A stretch of DNA of 64,000 nucleotides from an uncultured bacterium (GCA_946407375.1 CAMJNS010000002.1:28593-92592), one strand, 5' to 3'. Positions 1-10,333 are shown, counted from the stretch's first letter. Program-made: numbers and translations. Notes: generated by a model from the sequence alone, not told the origin.

Positions 1-90
1 CCATGGCGGCGATGCAGCGGAGTTTTTCCAATGGTCTTTCGTAGCATCCCTTGCTATTGAATTGAGGTCTAACGAAGACCAAAATATATT

Positions 91-120
91 AAAAAAGCCG
101 CTCACAAAGCGGCTTTTTTG
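91..120 (-). terminator. Rho-independent terminator (bidirectional-looking) after the 94-aa peptide gene
   Basis: 7-bp stem AGCCGCT (96-102) / AGCGGCT (108-114) with a 5-nt loop. An A-run precedes it and a T-run follows, so it reads as stem plus U-tract on both strands. Confidence 0.7.
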
Positions 121-150
121 TTACTCAAAATTTTTATTATATGATACCGC

Positions 151-435
151 CTATGGCTTTTCAGCCTGCCACGTTATGTAACCTCCGCAATTGCCACATT
201 TTTCATAATAATGATCATTCATGTCTTTGCCACTTCTCCCTACATAGGGGTTATCACAATGACACTTGTTAGGTACTCTTAAGTTGCTGTTGCCACCTAC
301 AGAAAAAGCCCCCCCCACAACATTGTCAAGCTCGTCGTCGGTCAGTTCCATACCTGCATTTGCAATGACATCTTTCGCTTCTTCTTTTGTATTAGTGCGT
401 TCTACTTGTTTCTTTAGTTCACCGATTAGTTTCAT
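151..435 (-). CDS. Double-glycine leader peptide precursor with a Cys-rich core (bacteriocin/RiPP-like)
   Basis: 94 aa. The leader ends ...MELTDDELDNVVGG, a typical GG-type (Nif11/class II bacteriocin-like) cleavage motif. The 52-aa core carries CxC...CxxC. GGAGA RBS about 8 nt upstream; terminator downstream. Confidence 0.6.
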   Translation of the reverse strand: MKLIGELKKQVERTNTKEEAKDVIANAGMELTDDELDNVVGGAFSVGGNSNLRVPNKCHCDNPYVGRSGKDMNDHYYEKCGNCGGYITWQAEKP

Positions 436-523
436 TTGATTTATCTCCGTTGGTTCATTCCTGATTATTCATAATTATTATAAGCTTTGCTAGGTGTATA
501 TTCAATAAATAAAGTGATAAGAA

Positions 524-1522
524 CTATAGGCTAATAACCTGTATTCCTAAAAATGGCGTTGTTGCGCCTTTTAAATCTGCGTAGCTTTCGGGAAGAAGCA
601 TAGCCATATCGTTTTCATCATCGCCAGCAGCTATAACCAAATCATCTGTTTTATTTTCTATAACATTTTTCAAACATTCTTTAACATCATAAAGCTTGCT
701 TAAAGGCTTTCCGTCAATACGGGGCAATAATCTGATTGATGGTCCATAACCAGCTTGCCAGTCATAAAACGTTGATTGAAGGGAATAAGAAACACTGTTT
801 TCAAAAGCGTTATTTATTTCCTGGCAAAGATTAGCTAAGTAATTTTCGTTATTATTCATATTTTTGCAAAAAGCTATGTGAAACCCCAAAAGACCGTCAT
901 CCTGAATAGAAGCAAAATGCGAGGTTTCATGGTCTAGACCATATTTATCAAGATAATAACTTAAAGATAATTCCTCATAAGTAGAACTGAACTCATTTAT
1001 AGGAACTTCTAATACCTGAAAATTAAAAGAATTTAAAATTGAAATAATTTTATTTTTAATATCTGTGCCATCCCAACCAGTTAATTTTTTTATTTCCGCA
1101 CGTTTCTTTTGTGCATCCTGGTTATAGTTGCTATATTCAGCATACCCGCAAGTAAAAAACTTTTCAGGATTATTGCATTGATAAATATCACCGCCGTTAT
1201 TTACTATAACTTTCTTAGGAAGCGGTATATAAGCGTCATTTCTCCGAATGTGCTCAAGGAAAGCCATAAATTTTGGCAGATTTCTTCCTGTGGTAATAAT
1301 AATTTCTAACTTATTTTCATTCTTTTTTAAAAAATCAGAAAATAAACCAAAATAACGGCTAAATTCTTCTTTGGGAAACTTAGAACGGTCTGTGCAAACA
1401 GATTCGTGGCTGAATGGCATAAAAGTTCCGTCAAAATCAGCAAACAATATAACTTTTCCTTTTTCAGGAAAGTGAATTCGATACAATGAGCTTAGTAAAT
1501 TATCTGTTTTAATTAATTGCAA
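524..1522 (-). CDS. HAD-IIB family phosphatase-like hydrolase
   Basis: Motif I FADFDGTF, TTGR, and motif IV GDDENDMAM. TTG start in the ORF track. Confidence 0.55.
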   Translation of the reverse strand: MQLIKTDNLLSSLYRIHFPEKGKVILFADFDGTFMPFSHESVCTDRSKFPKEEFSRYFGLFSDFLKKNENKLEIIITTGRNLPKFMAFLEHIRRNDAYIPLPKKVIVNNGGDIYQCNNPEKFFTCGYAEYSNYNQDAQKKRAEIKKLTGWDGTDIKNKIISILNSFNFQVLEVPINEFSSTYEELSLSYYLDKYGLDHETSHFASIQDDGLLGFHIAFCKNMNNNENYLANLCQEINNAFENSVSYSLQSTFYDWQAGYGPSIRLLPRIDGKPLSKLYDVKECLKNVIENKTDDLVIAAGDDENDMAMLLPESYADLKGATTPFLGIQVISL

Positions 1523-1591
1523 ATTCTTTCATAACCACCTTAAATTTAGTCTACAAACATACCTGTTCATCAGGCTGGTGAAATAAATCTA

Positions 1592-2005
1592 TCAAGCTAA
1601 TCTATTAAGAAAATCTTCTGGAGCTACACATTCTATTTTGCTATTTGTATAATCTTTTAAATCTCTAGTTATCAAATAGTCAATATTTAAAGATTTAGCA
1701 CATTCTACTTGAAGTCTGTCTTCAAAATCCTTGAAAGTATTATCATTTAAAGATTCTAGTATTTTATTTTTATCTATTTCAATAACATCTAGAAAATCTA
1801 ATAGATTTTTTATGATTTCTCTACATTCATTATTCTGGAAATATTTTCTTATAATATAATACAAATTTGTAACTGAATGTGCGGCTAAATAACCTTCTGC
1901 TTTTTTATTTACGCATAAGCTCAAAATTTTATCGGCATTTTCATAAAAAGGTTCTCTGCCAATAATGAAATCTAATAATATATTAGTATCAATCAATATT
2001 TTCAT
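1592..2005 (-). CDS. vapC: PIN-domain toxin (VapC family)
   Basis: N-terminal MKILIDTNILLDF, acidic residues spaced as in PIN domains, 137 aa. Overlaps an upstream small ORF by 17 nt. Confidence 0.8.
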   Translation of the reverse strand: MKILIDTNILLDFIIGREPFYENADKILSLCVNKKAEGYLAAHSVTNLYYIIRKYFQNNECREIIKNLLDFLDVIEIDKNKILESLNDNTFKDFEDRLQVECAKSLNIDYLITRDLKDYTNSKIECVAPEDFLNRLA

Positions 2006-2234
2006 ATTTTTTTACTAGTGCTTCTGACAATTCTTCTTTATAATCGCACTGTGCCAGACCTTTACGCCGAAATTTCTGTAAATTACTATAAGCTAACTGT
2101 TCTTTTGTTAATGAATTAATGTTCTCTTGCTTTTTATGAGCAAGAAAATTATTTAAGATGTTTTTTAAATCAATTAATAATTCATCTGGAATTTGATTGA
2201 TTATATTAAGAATTTCTGTTCGTTGAGTTATCAT
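1989..2234 (-). CDS. Putative antitoxin partner of VapC
   Basis: 81-aa ORF translationally coupled to the PIN gene (overlapping). Family not recognised. Confidence 0.55.
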   Translation of the reverse strand: MITQRTEILNIINQIPDELLIDLKNILNNFLAHKKQENINSLTKEQLAYSNLQKFRRKGLAQCDYKEELSEALVKKYENID

Positions 2235-2411
2235 AGATTATCTTCCTAGATTATTTCGGTTATATCTTTCTGCCCATCAACAGTACTCCTTATGCTTAAT
2301 TATAAGCTTTAAGAATTTGTACTGCAAGGGCTATTATTTTGAGATTGAGGAACTTTATAACTAATACAGTTAATTATTAATTAACTATATTTAGTTTGGT
2401 TAAAAGGTTTA

Positions 2412-2597
2412 TTAATTTAAGTTAGCTAGTTTTTCTTTAATGTTTTCTATTGTTTCGTTGTTTTGATTTAGGATTATCTGATATTGTTCTATGCTGGTTT
2501 CTGTTAAATCTAAGTCTTCTTGTAATAAACTTTGAATTATTTGGTTTTCTTCTGAATAATAATTGATGGTATTTTGAAGTTGAAGTCTGTTATTCAT
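2412..2597 (-). CDS. Small hypothetical coiled-coil protein
   Basis: 61-aa ORF with a strong AGGAGG RBS about 9 nt upstream. No recognisable family. Confidence 0.4.
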   Translation of the reverse strand: MNNRLQLQNTINYYSEENQIIQSLLQEDLDLTETSIEQYQIILNQNNETIENIKEKLANLN

Positions 2598-2750
2598 TTT
2601 ATAAATCCTCCTGTGGTTTTAAGTTATAAAAAATAATTGCCTTAGGAGATATTTATTTAAATTTCATTAAAAAATCAAAATGATGTTTACTAAACTATTC
2701 ATAGAATATGGTATTATACAAGTATAGAATAAAAATAAAGGTAAATACTT

Positions 2751-3680
2751 ATGATTAATCTTGGAACCTTAGAAGAAATAAAAGACCTTCGTTCCGTTTG
2801 GAAACACGAAGCAATAGATTTCACTCCTTGGTTAGCTATGGAAGAAAATATTTCACAACTTGGTGAAGCATTGGGACTTGAAATTGAAATAGATGAAAGA
2901 GAATCATCTGTTGGTGACTTCAATGTTGATATTCTTGCAACAGAACCTAATACAGGCAAAAAGATTATCATAGAAAATCAGCTAGAAGAAAGTAATCATG
3001 ACCATCTTGGAAAACTTATTACCTATGCTTCTGGTAAAGCTGCCAGTTATATAATCTGGTTAGTCAAACGAGCCAGAGATGAACATCGTTCTGCAATAGA
3101 ATGGTTGAACAATCACACTGACGGAGATGTAAATTTCTTTTTATGTGAAATTAAGCTCTATAAAATAGGCAATTCTGAACCAGCAGTTAAATTTGATGTT
3201 ATAGAAAGGCCTAATGATTGGACAACTATAACAAAACTTACAGGTAAGAATCTTAGTCCCAGTAATTATTTCAGATATGAGTATTGGTCTGCATTCCTCG
3301 ATTATGCATTTCAAAATAATGATTTTTCAAAAGAGTTTAAAAGAACAAAAGCATCAAAAGAAATTTTTATTGATTTAGGCATTGGCATACCTAAAACTTG
3401 GTTGGAATTAACTGTACAAACAAGCAAAAATATTATTGGAGTTGAGATGAGAATACATGAGAACAAAAAACTATACAAAGATTGGGAAAATAAAAAGAAA
3501 ACAATAGAATCGGAACTTGGTATGCAGTTAGACTGGCGAGAAATGCCTGAAAATAAGGTCAGCAGAATAATAATATTCAAGGAAGTAGATTTGGAAAACA
3601 AAAAAGATTGGAAAAATCAATTTAAGTGGTTTATGGAAGTATGCACCAAGTTTAAGAAAATCTTTAAGCAGAATATGTAA
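2751..3680 (+). CDS. DUF4268-type protein with an N-terminal PD-(D/E)XK/NucS-like nuclease fold
   Basis: WKHEAIDFTPWL...FNVDILA...IIIENQLEESNHDHLGKLITYASG...IIWLV...EHRSAIEWLN matches my recollection of the DUF4268 family consensus. Confidence 0.65.
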   Translation: MINLGTLEEIKDLRSVWKHEAIDFTPWLAMEENISQLGEALGLEIEIDERESSVGDFNVDILATEPNTGKKIIIENQLEESNHDHLGKLITYASGKAASYIIWLVKRARDEHRSAIEWLNNHTDGDVNFFLCEIKLYKIGNSEPAVKFDVIERPNDWTTITKLTGKNLSPSNYFRYEYWSAFLDYAFQNNDFSKEFKRTKASKEIFIDLGIGIPKTWLELTVQTSKNIIGVEMRIHENKKLYKDWENKKKTIESELGMQLDWREMPENKVSRIIIFKEVDLENKKDWKNQFKWFMEVCTKFKKIFKQNM

Positions 3681-3757
3681 GTTTAAACAAACAAGCATAA
3701 CTATTAGTTTTCATAAATTATAGCAATTAAAACACTTTTACGCAAACGCCAAATATT

Positions 3758-4543
3758 TTATTCCCCGAACATCTCCATAGCGGCGATGAGGCGCAGTTTT
3801 TCCTTATCAATAATATCACGACCATAGGCGTCAATAAAACGGTCTGTATATTTTGCTGTTCCGAGATTGAATTTTAGAGTCCAAATGCCCCAAAGCACAT
3901 CAATATGTCTGTCGCCTACTCCAGCTTTGATAAGATCAATAAAGCCTGAAAGTTTCCAATTATTCAACACTATATTTGGTAAGCAGTAATCACCATGAAT
4001 TAAAACATTAGATTCTAGATTTTTTATTCCTTCTTTGGCTGCTTCCCAAGCAGACTGAAGCGATGAAAATTCCCATAGCCCCTCAAAAAGCTCAGACTCG
4101 TATTTCCCTTTATCATGACCATTGAGCACTGACTCTATGTAAATTTTTATTCTATCTTTTATAGGACAGTCAGCAAAAGGCTGATTATGAAGCATACGAA
4201 GATTTACAGCAATAGTATCACAAAGACGCTCTGGTTCTGAAATATAATGAGTGCAGTCCTCTCCTTGAACAGGCTCAGTAATTAGATAATCTTTATTATC
4301 AATAGTTTTATAAAGAACGACTGGTGTTGTCAGACCAAGGCTGTGGAAATATTTGTGCATAAGTTGTTCTGATTTTAAAAATCCAGCATCAGCAATTTTC
4401 AAAAAATACCCTTGCCCTTTATCAATGTAATAAACCTTAGAAAGATTAGAACAACTGCTATTGTATATATCTGCTCCAGCTAAAAAAGCCCCAATTTTTT
4501 GAGGAAATGCCTGAAAATCTAAATTGATCTTTGTTCGCTTCAT
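3758..4543 (-). CDS. Aminoglycoside 3'-phosphotransferase-like kinase (APH family)
   Basis: 261 aa. Catalytic loop HGDYCLPNIVL, GFIDLIKAGVGDRHIDV, C-terminal ...DAYG...LRLIAAMEMF, as in APH(3') enzymes. Confidence 0.75.
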   Translation of the reverse strand: MKRTKINLDFQAFPQKIGAFLAGADIYNSSCSNLSKVYYIDKGQGYFLKIADAGFLKSEQLMHKYFHSLGLTTPVVLYKTIDNKDYLITEPVQGEDCTHYISEPERLCDTIAVNLRMLHNQPFADCPIKDRIKIYIESVLNGHDKGKYESELFEGLWEFSSLQSAWEAAKEGIKNLESNVLIHGDYCLPNIVLNNWKLSGFIDLIKAGVGDRHIDVLWGIWTLKFNLGTAKYTDRFIDAYGRDIIDKEKLRLIAAMEMFGE

Positions 4544-4657
4544 TGTTTATTTCTTCGTTAATTTTTTAAATATTATTTCTCTAGCCAAAAACGTTTTCTA
4601 TAATAATTTGATTTTATTATATCTTATTTGGTTTAAAATTTAATTATTTTTTATGAA

Positions 4658-5407
4658 ATGAAAAATTGCTATAATAAAAAAAAGAAAAAACACTTATTTT
4701 GCTTAGCTATGAAACAAATTATAATAGATAACATAAAATGTAATTTTTTTATAAAAGGAACCAATGCTCCTGTTTTTATTTATATTAACGAGCCATCTAT
4801 TCCTGTTGGTGGCTCTCAAATTATTGATTGCATAGAAAAAATAAATCCTCAAAGCAACTATATTTTCATAGAAGTTTTCATTGAAAATTGGGATAGAAAT
4901 CTTTCTCCATGGTTTGCGAAAGGAAATAACAACAGAATTTTTGCGGGAGAGGGTTCCAATACATTAAATTGGTTGTCGAATAATTTAATTCCTTACATAA
5001 AACAAAATTATAAAGAACATAGAGAACTATTTTTAACAGGTTATTCATTAAGTGGTTTGTTTGCTTTGTGGGCATTATACGAAACAAATATTTTTGATGG
5101 AATAGCTTGCTGCTCAGGTTCTTTATGGTTTCCTATGTGGGAAAAATATATGTTTGAAAAATCTTTGAAAAGAGAAAGTATCATTTATTTAAGCTTAGGC
5201 GGAAAAGAAGAAAAAACAAAAAATCCGACAATGACTTCTGTTGGCGACAATACAAGACAACAATTAAAATTATTAAAAAAAGATTCTTTAACTAAAGCAG
5301 CAACTTTAGAAATGAATCCCGGAGGGCATTTTTCTGATACCGCTAATCGTGTAGCCAAGGGAATAAATTGGTTAATGTCGTTTTGTATTAACACAAAGTC
5401 AGTTTAG
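4658..5407 (+). CDS. Alpha/beta hydrolase (putative esterase family)
   Basis: Nucleophile elbow GYSLSG, esterase-like length. The true start may be the ATG at 4709 (MKQIII...). Confidence 0.55.
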   Translation: MKNCYNKKKKKHLFCLAMKQIIIDNIKCNFFIKGTNAPVFIYINEPSIPVGGSQIIDCIEKINPQSNYIFIEVFIENWDRNLSPWFAKGNNNRIFAGEGSNTLNWLSNNLIPYIKQNYKEHRELFLTGYSLSGLFALWALYETNIFDGIACCSGSLWFPMWEKYMFEKSLKRESIIYLSLGGKEEKTKNPTMTSVGDNTRQQLKLLKKDSLTKAATLEMNPGGHFSDTANRVAKGINWLMSFCINTKSV

Positions 5408-5430
5408 AATTAAATATTGCCAAAATGACT

Positions 5431-5985
5431 TTAATTAGTCTCTTTTAAAGCTATAAGCCTTTTTATAGTAAAAGCATCATTATCATCTTTTTCTTTAGAA
5501 TATACGGTTAATTCAACCCACATACCATGTTTTTCATTGATTATATCATTATTTTGGTCTTTATTGATGTCTAGAGCAAAGTGTTTAAAATTTAATTCTA
5601 TTAAGTGATTTTTTGCAAAATAATTTTCTATATTTACGTTATTCCCTTGTATTTTTCTATGAACCCCTTCTTTGCTTCCTGAAACATAATCATAAGTATA
5701 TTGTATACTGCCAACAGAGCTTTTACTATCACAAACCCATTGAGCAGAGCCCTGACTTTCTTCGTTCCAATCAGGAATATTGATTTTGGTAGCTTTTGCT
5801 AAGTCATATTCAATTTGTGCCATGAGAATATTTGCTGTTTCCATATTATCTTGCAAATTAAGAGTTTTTGCAGAGCCTTTTAAACCTGAGCCGAAAAGAT
5901 TCATCAAACCAATTATAAGAATTACAGAAAGAACAACACATATTAAAACTTCAATTAAAGTAACTGCTTTGTTTCTGTATTTCAT
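5431..5985 (-). CDS. Prepilin-type N-terminal domain protein (pseudopilin-like)
   Basis: N-terminus MKYRNKA|VTLIEVLICVVLSVIL resembles the prepilin cleavage/methylation motif. 4-nt overlap with the upstream pilin-like gene. Confidence 0.6.
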   Translation of the reverse strand: MKYRNKAVTLIEVLICVVLSVILIIGLMNLFGSGLKGSAKTLNLQDNMETANILMAQIEYDLAKATKINIPDWNEESQGSAQWVCDSKSSVGSIQYTYDYVSGSKEGVHRKIQGNNVNIENYFAKNHLIELNFKHFALDINKDQNNDIINEKHGMWVELTVYSKEKDDNDAFTIKRLIALKETN

Positions 5986-6452
5986 CGTTTAGTAACCATC
6001 CCAGATAAGCTAACTTTGTTTGGTGTTTTTTTATTAATTTCTTTCCATTCAACTGTTACAGAAACAACTTTATAATTATTAAATTGATTTTTAAATTCTT
6101 TTACTTTTACAGAAGCATTAAATTCTAGATTTTTAAATTTTTCGAAATCTCTACCTAAATCATTAATATTAATAATAAAGTTTTTTTCTTTTTGTTCTAG
6201 AACCAGTGTTTTTAACTCTTCAAAAGTAAGCTCTTTCACTTCAGAATAAGGAACAAGATTATAATAGGCAATAATATTAGCTGCATATCCTCTAGCTAAA
6301 ATTTCATTGCGACTTTGAACTGTTCCAGCATTCCCTTGTGACATAATAGTGAAAACAGGTATTAGCAAAACCATTAAAACAACGCAAACAATACAAATTT
6401 CAACGAGTGAAAAACCTTTATTATTTGTATTTTTATAATTAGTATTACTCAT
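5982..6452 (-). CDS. Prepilin-type N-terminal cleavage/methylation domain protein
   Basis: NNKG|FSLVEICIVCVVLMVLL equals the G-F-(T/S)-L-(I/V)-E motif followed by a hydrophobic helix. Confidence 0.7.
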   Translation of the reverse strand: MSNTNYKNTNNKGFSLVEICIVCVVLMVLLIPVFTIMSQGNAGTVQSRNEILARGYAANIIAYYNLVPYSEVKELTFEELKTLVLEQKEKNFIININDLGRDFEKFKNLEFNASVKVKEFKNQFNNYKVVSVTVEWKEINKKTPNKVSLSGMVTKR

Positions 6453-6458
6453 AATATA

Positions 6459-8798
6459 TTAAAAAGACTTCGGATTATCATTTATATTAAACATAAGAAG
6501 ATTGCATTCTGAACGAGATTTATCAATTTCGTTTTTATTATTAAAATCAGGAATAGCAGATAATTCTGGTCTGTAATTCAATCTTAGTCCGCGTCTTAAA
6601 CCAGCCTGTTCTATAATAGCTTTTTTGCTATTAGCCGCAATATTATGCATTACAATATTGCCATAAATATCTAAGTTAATTTTCTTATTGGTATTATTGT
6701 CATCTTCCAAATAAACATAACCATTTTTAGAAATTAAGGAAGCGTTAACTTCGGTAACATTGCTTCTAATAGTTATATTCCCTTTGCTACTATCTTTTCC
6801 AAGAGTTAACAAAGTTAAATGATTGCTAGGATCATTAAGTATATTGTCTTCAATAGTAATTTTACCTTTGGAAAGAATTATTCCGCCTTGGCTTAATATT
6901 TTACAATTTCCAAATTTCAGTGGTAACTCAAAATCGTCATCTAATTCATCAGTATCAATATAAAGCCAACCATTAAGATCTAGTCCTTCTTTTAACAAGA
7001 TTTTTTTTGTTATTAAGAAATTATTAAAAACTTTACCAACATTATCTTTTTTATCTAAAACTATACTTCCTCTTGTTTTTTCATTATTTGTTAAAGGAAC
7101 AAGTTTTAGATAGTGAGCAATTCTATTTCCATCGGGAACAAAAGATAATTTTTGTGTATCAATAAAATCACTTAAAACAGTTAAATCTTTAATATCTTTA
7201 TATATATTCCCATATTGGGCCTTTTCTGTATTTGGTATTTTAACAAATATTTTCTCATCTGACTTTCTGTCACAAAGTTTTTCTAATTCTTCATCTTTAA
7301 GTATGTTGTGAAAAGGATAAGCTTCATCTCTTTTAAAAGTATAGGTATAATCATTATTGTAAGGAATAGATTCTACTCTTGAACCGAATTTTGAGCGATA
7401 GGTTTCGAAGTCTAATATATTTGAAAATTTTAATTCATAGGCATATTTAAATTCTGTTAAATCATAATCACAATCATCGTTATCTTCATTTGCTGCATCA
7501 GAAAACTCGTAAGTATTTTCATAATAATTTAATTTATAAAAATCATTTTCTTCATCACTAGGTTTAAAAATTCGAATTGAAGCATACATAGAGTCTACAA
7601 AACCTAAAACAAGAGTAGGTGAAAAAATACCTCTTGAAATCATTTGGTCTGTTCCATAAAGCTTAAAAATAGAATTATACTTAGCTAAATCGTAATTGCT
7701 TTCGCCTAATAAATCCAAGTAATCTTTATAACCAGATTCAGGATCAAGGTCATTGCATAGTCCTATATTGGCACAAATAATACCTTGACCTTCATTCCAA
7801 GTTGGAGGTTCTAAGCTTTTAAAGAAACCACCTTCAGCTTCAGGTTTTTTAAAGAAATGAAAATCTTCTCCATATTCACTTAAATTTCCAATATCTAAAT
7901 CCACATCTCCACAAGCTATACCCAGCCTAATTGGATGTTCTTTTGTTCCCCCGCCAATATAAACAAAACCTCTATTGTTTTTAACTAATTCATCATAACT
8001 TTTAGGTTTATCGCTTTCGCCATCAACAGATTCATTTTCTCCAACATTATTTAATACCCAGGGTTTAACCAGTTTTGCAGAATTGTTCAAATCACCATTT
8101 ACGTCAGTATCAATAACATTGAAACGGCAGGAATTTATAAGATTGGCCTCGTCATTTTCTAGAATGTTTTCAATATAGAGAGTAAATTTTGATAAAACTG
8201 GTAATAAGTTAGCAACAACCTTTATATCTGAAGCAAAATTATATTCTTCGATAATATTTTCGTTTTTACCTGGTTTTTTATAACTAACTTTAAAATTTAT
8301 ATTTATTAATCCTAATTTTTCTCTAGGATAAGGTATTGTTCCTGTTTCTTCATTACCAACTCTAATAGGTTTTATATCGCTAAGTTTCCAATTTATTTTT
8401 TTATCTATTACGGTAAAATCTTTTAAGTTTGATTCCTGCTGTAAAGTATCTATCAGGGATTGACCGTTTAAAGAATCTAGAATATCTAGTTTTGAAAGTT
8501 CTATACTTCCCTTTATATCATTTCCTGTATAATCCCAAGGCATAGAAAATGCTTTTCGTATTTTTTCATCACCATTGGCGGAATCTCTTAATTGTTCTTT
8601 TATGTAATCTATAGCTAAAACTGCCAAAGAATTAGCTAATTCTTTGGCATACATTGAATCACCTAGTTTTTGAGCCGAATATTTTCTGTTAACTGTGGTT
8701 TTAAGAAATGAGCCTAACGCTAGAGCTAATATAGCAAATACACCTACTACAACTAGTATAACATTACCTTTTTTCGACTTGAACATAACAGTACTCAT
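6459..8798 (-). CDS. Large (779 aa) membrane-anchored protein with a PilX-like N-terminus
   Basis: N-terminal KKGNVILVVVGVFAILALALGSF anchor resembling PilX_N. The rest is unrecognised. Lies 6 nt upstream of the pilin-like genes. Confidence 0.45.
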   Translation of the reverse strand: MSTVMFKSKKGNVILVVVGVFAILALALGSFLKTTVNRKYSAQKLGDSMYAKELANSLAVLAIDYIKEQLRDSANGDEKIRKAFSMPWDYTGNDIKGSIELSKLDILDSLNGQSLIDTLQQESNLKDFTVIDKKINWKLSDIKPIRVGNEETGTIPYPREKLGLININFKVSYKKPGKNENIIEEYNFASDIKVVANLLPVLSKFTLYIENILENDEANLINSCRFNVIDTDVNGDLNNSAKLVKPWVLNNVGENESVDGESDKPKSYDELVKNNRGFVYIGGGTKEHPIRLGIACGDVDLDIGNLSEYGEDFHFFKKPEAEGGFFKSLEPPTWNEGQGIICANIGLCNDLDPESGYKDYLDLLGESNYDLAKYNSIFKLYGTDQMISRGIFSPTLVLGFVDSMYASIRIFKPSDEENDFYKLNYYENTYEFSDAANEDNDDCDYDLTEFKYAYELKFSNILDFETYRSKFGSRVESIPYNNDYTYTFKRDEAYPFHNILKDEELEKLCDRKSDEKIFVKIPNTEKAQYGNIYKDIKDLTVLSDFIDTQKLSFVPDGNRIAHYLKLVPLTNNEKTRGSIVLDKKDNVGKVFNNFLITKKILLKEGLDLNGWLYIDTDELDDDFELPLKFGNCKILSQGGIILSKGKITIEDNILNDPSNHLTLLTLGKDSSKGNITIRSNVTEVNASLISKNGYVYLEDDNNTNKKINLDIYGNIVMHNIAANSKKAIIEQAGLRRGLRLNYRPELSAIPDFNNKNEIDKSRSECNLLMFNINDNPKSF

Positions 8799-8881
8799 TA
8801 ATCGGTTATTAGAAACATCTAATATCTATTTGCTATTATTAGTAATATTATATTTTTCTAACATATTATTTTTTCAGAGAT

Positions 8882-9307
8882 TTACTTGTTTTCTGAGGAA
8901 GCAGAAATATCAACTATATCTCCAGAAATGACTTTTTCTGATGGTTTTAATTTTTTAATTTTTATTTTTTGAGCAGATTCTTTTAGTTTTGGTAACTTTT
9001 CCTTAGTATCAGAATCTTCCTCATCAGCATATTCAATTACTTTAACATAACCTTTACCAGAGTAAACCCAACCAGTAGTACCTTTATAAGTAGTTTTATA
9101 CCACTTTCCAGATACAGCTTTTATATTAAATGTGTCGCCTGCCCACATATAAGAGCCAACTTTTTTACTTTTGGTTGTAGGCTTTTTTCGAATAGTTAAT
9201 CCATGTTTAACTACTGAAGTAACTTTCCCCTTTTTGGGTTTAGCTGCAAACAATGATAAAGGAGAAAAAAGACAAATTGCCAAAATCAAGACAAAAGCTT
9301 TTTTCAT
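8882..9307 (-). CDS. Secreted SH3b-domain protein
   Basis: Signal peptide, then LTIRKKPTTKSKKVGSYMWAGDTFNIKAVSGKWYKTTYKGTTGWVYS (bacterial SH3 pattern). Confidence 0.6.
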   Translation of the reverse strand: MKKAFVLILAICLFSPLSLFAAKPKKGKVTSVVKHGLTIRKKPTTKSKKVGSYMWAGDTFNIKAVSGKWYKTTYKGTTGWVYSGKGYVKVIEYADEEDSDTKEKLPKLKESAQKIKIKKLKPSEKVISGDIVDISASSENK

Positions 9308-9327
9308 ATTACTTTCTCCAACTAATG

Positions 9328-10314
9328 TTAAGGCATTTTAAAAGGAACTATTTCAAAGTTTCCTTTAGGAGCATCTGCATAATTGCATTTACCGATAAAG
9401 AATTGTTCATAATCAGCATGATCAATAAAGCGATTCATAACAAAAGGTGAAGGAAGTTTTCCTGAAGCAATGACTTTGCCTTCCAAGTTAACTCTAATAA
9501 TATTGTAATCACCCTCAAACCCTTCTAAAGGTGTATAGGTTATAACAGCTTCGCCTTTTGCTTCATCTACCCACCAAAGTTCTGGGTCACTCATTTCAAC
9601 TTCGATAACTTTTGATTTAATTACATTGCCCTTAAGGTCTGTTTTGACAAGCATATTTCTATTTTCTTCATTAAAATATATCAATCTATAAAGATTGTCT
9701 TCTTTGCCACTTACAGCCATCCCAGACCATTCCCAGTTAAAGTCATTAACGTAATCACCTTTGGAATCATAAATATAAATTTTACGAGTCCCTTTGTCGG
9801 CAACAAACAAGTGACCACCGGCACCAACTTCTATTCTATAAAGCTGTCCGTAATCAGGGTCTTGTAATCTTGCAAGAACTTTTCCATCTGCTGAAAATTT
9901 GAGTAATTTATTATCAGTACTATCAGCAACCCACCAGGCTTCAACGTCGCCATATTGTCCTATAACAGGAGCAATATCTTCAATAAGAATATTAGGAGTT
10001 GGGAAACCTTCTTCATCTAATTCATATGGTTTTGCTCCAGCAGGGAGAACAGAGAATTCTTTAAGAAGCTTACCTTTGCTATCAAATTGCATTAGTTTAC
10101 CGCCAACGCTGTCAGCAATCCAGGTTTTATCGCCAACTAATCTGAAAGACAATGGACCATAAGGAAGGGGTTCTTCTAGATTCTGATATTTGTTGGTATT
10201 GGTATAATCTACTTTGCCAGAACCTTCACCATAAGGCACAGATACATCTGCAAAAGTCGAACTGGTTGAGAATAATACAAGAGAAGCCAAAAGGCATATT
10301 TTTTTCATTTGCAT
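9328..10314 (-). CDS. Secreted beta-propeller-like protein (NHL/YncE-like repeats)
   Basis: Signal peptide. Repeated ...W(I/V)ADS..., HLFVADKGTRKIYIYDSKG blade-like motifs. Confidence 0.4.
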   Translation of the reverse strand: MQMKKICLLASLVLFSTSSTFADVSVPYGEGSGKVDYTNTNKYQNLEEPLPYGPLSFRLVGDKTWIADSVGGKLMQFDSKGKLLKEFSVLPAGAKPYELDEEGFPTPNILIEDIAPVIGQYGDVEAWWVADSTDNKLLKFSADGKVLARLQDPDYGQLYRIEVGAGGHLFVADKGTRKIYIYDSKGDYVNDFNWEWSGMAVSGKEDNLYRLIYFNEENRNMLVKTDLKGNVIKSKVIEVEMSDPELWWVDEAKGEAVITYTPLEGFEGDYNIIRVNLEGKVIASGKLPSPFVMNRFIDHADYEQFFIGKCNYADAPKGNFEIVPFKMP

Positions 10315-10333
10315 ATATTGTCTACCTTAATCT

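Noticed and set aside
1-90. GC-richer sequence of about 80 nt at the extreme left edge (CCATGGCGGCGATGCAGCGG...GGTCTTTCG...CGAAGACC), possibly another repeat-family copy
   Set aside because: It is truncated by the window edge and I could not align it convincingly to the other copies by eye. The evidence is insufficient.
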